This document shows, in pieces, positions 25,001 through 33,155 of a DNA stretch of 64,000 bases. Below the pieces are notes generated by a model. That model did no database searches. It was not told the origin of the DNA and saw only the letters and a list, made by a program, of their open reading frames with translations. Position 1 is the stretch's first letter. Each line of letters opens with the position of its first letter. The DNA is taken from the NCBI RefSeq assembly GCF_001194135.2, contig NC_068998.1, forward strand, positions 54,918,534 to 54,982,533, given 5' to 3'. Both the position numbers and the translations under genes were made by a program. The stretch comes from Octopus bimaculoides. Lineage: Eukaryota.

Positions 25001-28000
25001 ATCTGCTGCTTTGAGAAATTCCTATTTTATAGTTGATTCGTACATCTAAAGAAGAGTCTTCAACTGCGGAAGCACTTGCTTCAACAATATGAAAACGCAC
25101 AAATTTATGGAAGCCCAACCCATCTGCTAGCATTGAAATCGTTGTTTGCCAAGTAGTTAACAATGAATGTCCAAGAGACAAGGAACTTGCCTCTAACCTA
25201 TCACTGTAACAATAGACATGGCCTCTAAACAAAACCACCAAGTTACTACTGTGTTTCAGTGATGTATAAACAATTTAGTGGCGTCTCTTTAACTTCCAAG
25301 AGTCAAACAGGCAAGTTTATCAGAGTCGCAGGCAAAGCCTTGTCAGTGGATTTAGTAGACAGAAACTGAAAGTAGCCCATCATGTGTGTGTGTGTGTTAC
25401 TGTCCCCTTGCCTTGACTTTGTACAATAATTGTAAACGAATGTCATCATTAAGCAAACGATGCTCTTCACTCCCAGTCTTCTGTGAAAACATGTCTGGTC
25501 AATGGGGGGAAATATTACCTTACTTGGGAACAGGGCATCCAGCCGAAAAAATGTGCCTCAACAAAATTCCATCTGATCCATGCCAGCATGGGAAAGTGGA
25601 CGTAAAATGAGGAACAAGTTCCTTACAGTTTCTATCTAGTTGGATTGGGCTTATAGTTGGAAACACTTACACAAGGTGTCATGCTGTGGGACTGAAACTG
25701 AAACCCTGTGGTTTAGAATCCAACTTCTTAATCACACAGCCATGCCTGCACCTATACAAATCAGTAAAACAGATATAGAATTGATATAAAAAAATGGGGT
25801 TGGTATAACTGACTAAAAAAACAAAAAGAGAAGGAAAGAAAAGCCTTAAAGGCAGCGGCCCAGCATGAAAGGCAATGACTGAACTAAATAAAAGAATCTG
25901 TTGAATTAGAAGGTATATTTTCTGTAATCCTTCTAATCTTGCTTAGAATTATTGATTCTAAGCAGGGTTAAACAGAATTATTCATTCTGTTTAAGCCAAC
26001 TATCATTTTGAATATTAAATTCCATTCAGTTTTTAAATAAATTTAAAATAAAATAATTGAGGTTTAATGGTCGAGGTTTGTCTATAATTTAATTTTCGTT
26101 TTTAATTGTAGGATCTCATTAAAAGGGATGACTTTGAAAGCAGTTTGTATAAATTATCAGAATTACATGATGCTAAAGCGCTTGTTATATTGTGTATGGT
26201 CATGTTGAATAAAGAGAACGTGAAACGAGACCTTGCTGTTTTCTCAACGTTTAAACCAGCACTTGATAAGGTATGTCTAGCATTTCTCTCTAAATATATG
26301 GAATTATTGTTTCAAAAATTATGATGATGATGAGGTTTTCTTTGAATTACAACTTTTGTTGTGTTATTCACATTGTGTTATTTATACAGTCCAATCTTAT
26401 TACAAAATTTGAAAATAGTAAACTTAATTTTTTGAATGTAACTTTAATATGTCGAAATCAAATGACATATACCTGAAAGGTGTTCAATAAAATTGTGGGT
26501 GGGGTGAGAAATCATTTGTGAAAATATTTCAATGGCCAGCCAGGACAATGTTCTAATTTCTATAATTATTACCTCTGTCTTGGTGAAGCTGGAAATATTG
26601 TTTTCAGTCATGTTTGTTTGTCCATGGACCGCTGGATGGATTTGGATGAAACTTTTAGGGATGTGTAGCCTCCTGCTTGGTACGAACTGATGAGATTTTG
26701 GGATCGATCCGATACCGGACAAGGATTCTGGATTATTTGTTATATTTACTTTACATGATTACGGTTTTACGTTGACTTTCAAGTCTTTCTCAATTATCTC
26801 CCTTTAGGCTGTTTCCAAAGTTTTATTTTCATTTCTCTATTATTCATTTTACTCGCATCTCTATCTTAGTAGAAACTGATGGATAAAGAAATCAAACTAC
26901 ACAAACAAATGGCAGCTAAAACAGTTAAGAAATTAAATAACACTAACATATTTTTATATATATATTATATATTATACATACATATTAACATTTGACAGTA
27001 TACTTACATATATACATACATCTATACATTGATCTAAAACAACAGGAATACTAAAGAAAGGCCGGAATTTAAGAGAAGAGAAAAACCAAAAGGTCTTATG
27101 CTACTCATTTAAAAATTTCTGATTAGAACCTATTATTATTACCTCCACATTTGAAACTATTTTAAATGGTGAATTTCTGAACTTTGGTTTTGTATTAGAT
27201 AAGGATAAACTATTTCTTATTGTTACTAAATTTTCTACAGCCACCTTCACATTCCATGACCACCACTGGGATCAATCACGTACCGGACAAGGATTCTGGA
27301 TTATTTTTCCAGTTTTTTTTTTACTTAATTTTTGAGAGCTGCCATGTTCGTTCTGACTATTCTCATTTGTGAAGAAGTTGAGTTTATTTCCGATATTCTC
27401 ATTTTAAAAATCATCTCTGGCTAATCGTTGAGAGGATGTTGGTGTTGCCTTGGCAGAGGTTTGCGCTCTCTCTCAGTGCTCTTGCTTATTATTATTATTA
27501 TTATTGATTTCAAGAACTTAAGTAAATTTGTTTGAAAATTCCTTTTGACAGCAAATGGAAACTCATATTTTATTTTGTATTTCTTTTTAGATAGTGGATG
27601 TGTTGTGTAGTAGCAGTGAGCCATCTTTGCAACTTGAAAGAATTCCTTATGAATCAACCAATTTAACAATATTTTCACAAAAGAATATCGTAATTGCTCG
27701 TAAAAAAGTGCTTCCAATACTAAAATCTCTTATCTCTAATGAAGATTTTTCTAGGTAAGATGACTCCTACAGGTTTAGCATGAGATCAATATTTTCTTAA
27801 AATCAGTAATGATAGAAATTATGCTTTCTAATTGGAATTTTGTGACTTGTGTATTAACTTTGATTACAGTTTTCATCTTCCAAAATTGATGTAAAATTTA
27901 ATGGAGAAATAAATTTGATGTTGAAGGCAAATATTGTGTAAAGTTGAATTCTTTCATATATGAAATTGCTTCAATTCTTTTCATCCATGTTAGAAAATAT

Positions 28001-31000
28001 ACTTTCATTTAAAACTGTCATTATATAAATTGACATTTTGCAAAATCTACCTTTTAATAATAGTGATGATGATGATGATGATGATAATAATAATGATGTG
28101 CATTTCAAATTGATTTCTGAACCAATCATGTTATGACTAAATTTCAAATAGATTTTTATTTTTGTTGCTCTGAAATTATCCATTGATTCTATCATTTGCT
28201 TAAAAGAATATAGATTTTTGGGGAATGACTATTATTTTATTACTTGTTATAACTTGAATAATCTGTATAATATATGTTAAAAACATTGTCTGATCCACAA
28301 CATACCAATTGTTGTTGTATCTCCAAAACAAGAAGTATCAGCTTTCATTTTTAAAAGTTCTTCCATGTCTGATCTTTTTTTCTATTTGTTGATACAAAAG
28401 AAAATTTGTCTTGTCTGTTCATAATAGTTTAAAGGTGAAAGAAACAGAAGTCAATTATTTTAATCAACTATTTTAGATATGCTATTAAACTATTAATTTG
28501 TTTTTTTTCTTTCTTCTTTTTTTTTTGTCTTTTATTTCATCAGGCTCTTTGAGAATCCAGACCAAATCAATGGTGCTAGACAGGATGGTGAATTGGCATC
28601 TGGTGGCATTGCAGGTGTTATTGAAGATAATATGAAGCATGGGAATAAATATAGTGACAGTGCATCATCATTAAGTGGTACTTCTATGAGTGGTACTGAT
28701 ACATCCACCGAAATGTATGAGACCTTCAGTCCGACTACAAATATCGATCAATCTGCCATGCAAATTGATAATGCTGTTTTCGTATCTAAAATGCAAACAA
28801 AACCTGATGCTGCTGACCATAATAATTCTCACATTGTGTTAGCAAATGTTGATAATTCACTCAATGACAGTGAATACAATTCCACAGTTGATAACATGCA
28901 TTTCTTAAATAAGCAACATAATGTTGACAATATGGTTTGTATGACAAGTGACCAACCTCTTATTACTGTTGGTACCGAGAAGGTAATAGTGCATCCTGAA
29001 GCATCTTCTGGTATTGCAAGTCCAATGGAGATTGTATCAGATCAAACTTCAGAACAAGGCTCAAGTTATCCTGTAACACCACCAAATAGCTTCATGGACT
29101 CTAATTTTGGAAGTTATATGAAAGATTATCATTTACCCAGTTTCAATAGTGCTGAGATGGTAAAAAGAATCAATGATAAAAAGGCTTCTCTTCATCCTTA
29201 TGAAGATCTAGAAGTTTGTGGAAGCAACAACAAGAATCCTTCATCAAATTTTCCCTACACACCTCAGAACAGCTTTGTTGAAAGTGAATTTGATAGTAGT
29301 TTTGCTAAATCAATAACTCCTGACAGTATTGAAGATATTTTAGGGAAAATTGACGAGGCAAATAATCATTCGAGAGCTGCTATCAACCCTGATTATGCAA
29401 AGCGGTCCAACGGAGAAAACATTGGTTTTCATTGTTGTTCTGATTTTGAAACTGAAACAGTTAGTGAACCTATAGATACGAACAATATTGTGGATGTTGC
29501 TTATTCCTTGGCAAATGAAATCATTCAGAACTCGCTGGAAACTTATCCTTGTGAAGATAAATTAAATGAAAGTCTAGAGGGGGAGGAAAAGCGATTAACT
29601 CCCCTTGTTAAATCTCGGAGTGAAGGTACAACTATCGATTTGTCAATCAAAAGTGAATGTCCGAAATCCCAAAGTGATGTTATAAATTTGTCAAACGTCC
29701 TTGAAACAGACTATGCCAGACAGTTTGATCCATTCAATGGTAGAATGGAATATTCTCATTTCTCCTTAGATTATGCTGATTACATGGCAAAAAGAGGAGT
29801 TGCAGAAAGTGCTTCGAAAATCAGTTGGGGCTCATACTCTGATGATATTACAGTGAGTTCAGAGAGCACGAAATCCGAGGAAGGAGTTCACGTGAAAAAA
29901 TCTGAATCTTGTGACAGTAAAACTAAAATTGTCATCGATAGTAAAATCAAAAGCTCCAATTCATTACCTGAAGTATCATTACAAAGTTTCCCTAAAATCA
30001 TTAAACCACCTGAAAGTATTCTAAGCAGTATTGATGACAACCTTTCTGATTTGACGACTGTATCCCCTACGAAAAGTAATCTTGCTCATGATATTTCAAA
30101 CAGTGATATGGAAGGGGAATTAGCCGTTGAAGAAGATTCTGATCTCGAAGACGGGGAGAAAGATTTTGCTGCCCAATTAAGGGAAAAATTAACGCAAATT
30201 GGGAATAACAGTGAGTTGAATTTTCCTGGGTTCCAGCAGGAAGGTATTTTTTCTCCAGAAGAATTAAAATCTGGAATCAAGAGAATGAGTAATTTAAAAA
30301 CCTCTGATTTCAATCAAATTGCTAATTTCTCTGCTGAAGATTTACGTGAGAAACTGGAAAAGATTGCACTTGATGAAAATGGTGCTGTGGGTGGGTTGCG
30401 AGACTTTAATGCATATGACAGTGATTCCGATTCAGAAACTAGTTTAACTACTTTAGAAGGCAACCTGCATGCAAATGAATCTGCTAGTCTTTCTCCAAGA
30501 CCTTTAAGTAGTGGGTTGATGGAAATTATTGAGGAAAATGAAGAAGATGATGATGATGAAGAGAATTGTGAAGAAGTTGTTTCAAAAGTTTCTGAATCTT
30601 TAAAGTCATTCCAAAATGAGAACATATCACTATTTAATAAAACGCCTTTGCAAGACAATGCTCTAAGTTCTCATGAAAATATAGAGGCTTCTCTGCAATG
30701 TGAAAGTAATGTTGGGACAAGTAATGAAAGTAAAGTTAAACCAGAACCAGTAGTTCTTCGGAGACATGGAAACAACAAAGAAGTATTTCATACAACAGCC
30801 GGAAGGATTAGTATTTCTATCGACAGTACAGCAGGGGATCCTTCTTCATCAGTAAACACTGACCGAGAAAGCACAGAAGAAATTGGTATTTTGGATTACA
30901 AACAGACACATCGTGAGGTAGGAGAAATCTTGGCTCGGGTTAAAAGCGCCATTATGCGTGCAGATGCTGAGCTTATGTTGTCGTCGTCTTCGTCCTTATG

Positions 31001-31100
31001 TACTGGTGTGGATGCTTGCTTGCAGGTAAACAGCTTATTGTTGAGTTCAGTTGATTGTTTTTGCTCCATATTTTCAAGCCCATTATTTAAATTTTTTTAA
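7303..31100 (+). CDS. PRUNE1: Prune-family exopolyphosphatase (DHH + DHHA2) with long acidic C-terminal region; spliced CDS join(7303..7338,14136..14240,14990..15267,20446..20561,22722..22877,24467..24561,26112..26270,27591..27754,28544..31025 or ..31100)
   Basis: All introns are GT-AG and the phases chain correctly (0,0,2,1,1,0,0,2). The exons total 3591 nt = 1197 codons to 31025. The translation shows prune motifs VVLGNESADLDS, LVD, IDHRP, VGSCCTL, IIFDTINM, DLK and ARKKVLP in the order found in human PRUNE1 (recalled sequence). PRUNE1 versus PRUNE2 orthology is unresolved. Confidence 0.93.
8148..8429 (+). mobile_element. tRNA-derived SINE, family A
   Basis: A/B-box-like head (gctgtgtggtaag...ggttcagtc), body caccttgagcaagtgtcttc...gaaactgaaagaa, internal (TG)n, and tail gcaaaagagaccaatagaataagtacc. 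Several copies in the window. Confidence 0.8.
10027..10093. repeat. (AG)n microsatellite
   Basis: Directly visible perfect dinucleotide run. Many other (TA)n, (CA)n, (AG)n and (GAT)n runs occur, e.g. ~2691-2745, 6555-6585, 33111-33150, 41722-41760, 62177-62250. Confidence 0.98.
14136..14240 (+). CDS. PRUNE1: prune coding exon 2 (DHH motif I)
   Basis: ccag|AHLFDYKTVHVVLGNESADLDSVISSLVEAFYLSR|gtgagt; 105 nt, phase 0-0. Confidence 0.95.
14990..15267 (+). CDS. PRUNE1: prune coding exon 3 (motifs II and III)
   Basis: tttacag|TNKADDVLIIPVINI...LIYRDDVDL...LTLVDQNIL...VIDHRPRERPES|gtaaga; 278 nt, phase 0-2. Confidence 0.95.
16628..16818 (+). mobile_element. SINE-like retroposon 3' part, family C (aggaagggcatccagctgtagaaac core, (gat)n tail)
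   Basis: Ends ...aacccatgctagcatggaaagcggacgttaaac(gat)n. Related decayed copies at ~5612-5660 (-), 6268-6440 (-), 7490-7670 (+), 49960-50090 (+) and 57030-57180 (+). Confidence 0.75.
17520..18050 (-). mobile_element. Highly decayed RTE-type reverse transcriptase remnant
   Basis: Minus-strand pieces LSLTINT, LQPVNRYL and V.YL..FYG resemble GL.IN..KT, V..F.YLG and LLYG.ETW; many stops and frameshifts. Confidence 0.4.
18945..19258 (-). mobile_element. tRNA-derived SINE, family A (degenerate)
   Basis: Reverse-complement similarity to the copies at 8148 and 47070. Confidence 0.7.
19990..20260 (+). mobile_element. RTE-clade LINE 3' remnant
   Basis: Decayed TW(E)E.A..R..W segment followed by FTCNRCHCCCR*RASLIG(H)MWAC, the C2H2-like tail typical of RTE/BovB-type ORF2. 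Confidence 0.6.
20446..20561 (+). CDS. PRUNE1: prune coding exon 4
   Basis: gacag|(S)GCEVNIEQVGSCCTLIAEQIFNSHQPNTIDEKVAALLF|gtgagt; 116 nt, phase 2-1. Confidence 0.95.
21600..21900 (-). mobile_element. Decayed LINE reverse transcriptase remnant
   Basis: AFHQRNTTTMEQIL...FLIDLQE resembles the RT segment GFR..RST.DQIF...FID..KAFD. Confidence 0.4.
22215..22400 (-). mobile_element. CR1/L2-like LINE 3' remnant
   Basis: Minus strand RHFSMLKIAEAWNKLPSSAV..ASFK resembles the CR1 ORF2 end (FFS.RV...WN.LP..VV...SFK). Confidence 0.45.
22722..22877 (+). CDS. PRUNE1: prune coding exon 5 (motif IV Asp)
   Basis: ttctag|(S)TIIFDTINMSKDAKRGTAKDEEILQRLENILPNCNRCDVFEQINIVRYDIS(G)|gtaagt; 156 nt, phase 1-1. 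Confidence 0.95.
22959..23121 (+). mobile_element. tRNA-derived SINE, family B (truncated by gap)
   Basis: ctggcagaattgtta...ctgagttcaaattcc...ctttgcctttcatcctttcagg...aaataagtaccag; homologous to the copies at 38214, 39104 and 50560. Confidence 0.75.
24467..24561 (+). CDS. PRUNE1: prune coding exon 6 (start of DHHA2)
   Basis: ttttag|(G)FTSLDILEMDLKVISKNDINIPMSSVTVPIE|gtaagt; 95 nt, phase 1-0. Confidence 0.92.
25330..25753. mobile_element. Two adjacent SINE fragments: + strand body/tail (25330-25610) and - strand family A head (25630-25753)
   Basis: Shares gccttgtcagtggatttagtagacagaaactgaaag and gggcatccagcc...catgccagcatgggaaagtggacgtaaaatg with other copies. Confidence 0.7.
26112..26270 (+). 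CDS. PRUNE1: prune coding exon 7 (DHHA2)
   Basis: ttgtag|DLIKRDDFESSLYKLSELHDAKALVILCMVMLNKENVKRDLAVFSTFKPALDK|gtatgt; 159 nt, phase 0-0. Confidence 0.92.
26566..27487 (+). mobile_element. Helentron-associated non-autonomous element (HINE/DINE-1-like), probably composite
   Basis: 5' subterminal repeat acctctgtc (26571) followed by a gttt/gtcc microsatellite. The 3' subterminal repeat ggcagaggt (27452) is followed by a small stem-loop gcgct..agtgc and a TT flank. The core gggatc..accggacaaggattctggattattt occurs twice (~26700, ~27267). Confidence 0.6.
27591..27754 (+). CDS. PRUNE1: prune coding exon 8 (end of DHHA2, RKK motif)
   Basis: ttctttttag|IVDVLCSSSEPSLQLERIPYESTNLTIFSQKNIVIARKKVLPILKSLISNEDFS(R)|gtaaga; 164 nt, phase 0-2. 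Confidence 0.93.
28544..31025 (+). CDS. prune coding exon 9: giant exon encoding ~827 aa of S/D/E/N-rich, probably disordered sequence (PRUNE2-like)
   Basis: Long polypyrimidine tract ending catcag; phase 2 matches exon 8 (AG|G = Arg). Open frame continuous with the 835-aa track ORF. Donor CAG|GTAAAC at 31025/6, or read-through to TAA at 31098-31100. Contains two PxTPxNSF motifs like the PRUNE1 tail. Confidence 0.88.
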
Positions 31101-33110
31101 TATTTACTAAGGTATACTTTTCCTCTTTAGTTACTATTTAAGGCAAAAATTTAAATGAAGATTTTAAAACATTAAATGGTAAAAATTATTTGAAGTATAA
31201 TAATTAATTTTCTAATTATTGGCAGTTTTATCATTTTGACCTTCTGCTTTTCTTAAGAAAGAAAAGAAATAAAACTATATTCCTCCCTGAAATGTGTAAC
31301 ATTCAGTGAAAAATCAGCTTCAAGTATTTCTAATTTTTATAATTTAATCATAAAAATCAAATCTTTGTTTTTCAAAAGCATTTTGAAGCAATATGTATGA
31401 GTCTATTTGATATCCAAATTTTTTATTTATAAAGATCTTCAAAATCATTTTAAATATAAAAGACATTTAAATAGGATAGTGACATTTCATTCCATGAGAG
31501 ATCTTCCAATATTTTTCATGTATTTTTAAATTTCACAATACATTACTTTCTCATTTCATGTTTCATTATTTATACATTTATAGATATCTATGCCACTAAA
31601 TAAGCTTGTTTTAAAGGATTTCTTCTTATTCAAATCTTTTTAGTTCAATTCATTTTTTAAGATATAATAATTTTAATTAAATTTCTCTTCTCATTCTGGA
31701 GCCAAAAACAATCAAAAGCCCTTTTTTTAGATTTTTGTTTATTTTGTTTTTCCATTCCTTAATTTGTTTTATTTTCTTTTCTGTAACCTATTCTATGCCA
31801 TGCAATAATCGTATTTATTTGCTTTGATGTGTTCCTCTGTTGTTCACTTTTTATATTATTTTATAGAATAGTTTTATTGTCAAAATTTGTGTTTCTTTAT
31901 TTCCTCTACTAATAGATTATTCCAACAGATTTCCCTCAAGTTGCCCAAACTATTTTAAGATGCTTGAAATGCAAATTCCTATTTTGACTCAATTAACACT
32001 TAATTTCTAATTATTTAAAATGTTTTTAACATTATAACATGATAGAGTTTATAGAGATTTAAAACTTTGATCACTCGTAGTTGAGCAGTTTTTGTTATAA
32101 TATTAGGAATATTATTTATCAGAGATAGTCTTTTATTTTTCTTGAATATTATTGTGGCCTCTGATCATGTATATCTGGTGATATACAACTCATATTTACT
32201 CTAGAGGTGGAACTTTATTGATGTAATTAGACATTCATTTTGATCTTGATGCATTTCAAAACCTTAAAATTGGTCAACTGATCATTAAAAACACCAATAA
32301 ATGAATGCTCCATGGGTTCGAATTAAAAATCCCTCATTAAAATGAGGTGATTTCTTTGAAGTCTCGATTACATCAACAATTGTATTTGCTGGCTTTATGT
32401 TAGGAAAAGACCTGTTCTTTAGTGAATGGGTCGATCAATTTATTTAAAGCATTAGAAAATGTTGAAAATCTTAATTTTGTACAACCTTTGATTGTAGTTG
32501 GGAAATTGGTAAAACCTGTTTTATTATATTCTTTAAGAAGCATTTTGAAGGAAAAGGAAGCTTTTTGTGTTTGCTGCACAATGAGAGAAATTTAATATAA
32601 GAACATCAAGATCAGAATTGGTGTAGTGGGGGATAGCATCGTTCTTGAATGGAAAAGAAAATTTGACTGATTTTTAGTGATGACATTATGAGTTCACATT
32701 GTATTTGAGTAAATATGGTCTGTTGTTGCAAAGAATCTTTTTAGAAAATATATTCTTTTAATAGATAATATATAGCAACAGAAGCAGTATTAATACCAAA
32801 CAGCAATCTTTATGTGGATGTTTTGTCAGAACACTAACTACTGTGCTATATGCTGAGAGAGAACCTCTCATGTGGACTTGTGGTGCATAAAAGCACTTGT
32901 ATTTCTATCATTGGCAGACGAGAATCCTCTTCTATAGCTGCTGGAACATGATTTTGTCCTGTTTTGGACTCCTCAGTGGCAGATGTCCAGTAGCAACATA
33001 ACAGCTAAATTTTACTGTCAATGATATAGAGACTTTCAATGTCTTTTCAGGCACTGATATTGCAAGTAACCAGTAGGTTTATTAAAAAATAATTAATAGC
33101 AACAGAAGTA

Positions 33111-33155
<45 letters not shown>

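Noticed and set aside
28593-28595. Track start codon (TTG) for the 835-aa ORF
   Set aside because: Prokaryotic-style start call; the frame is entered by splicing at 28544.
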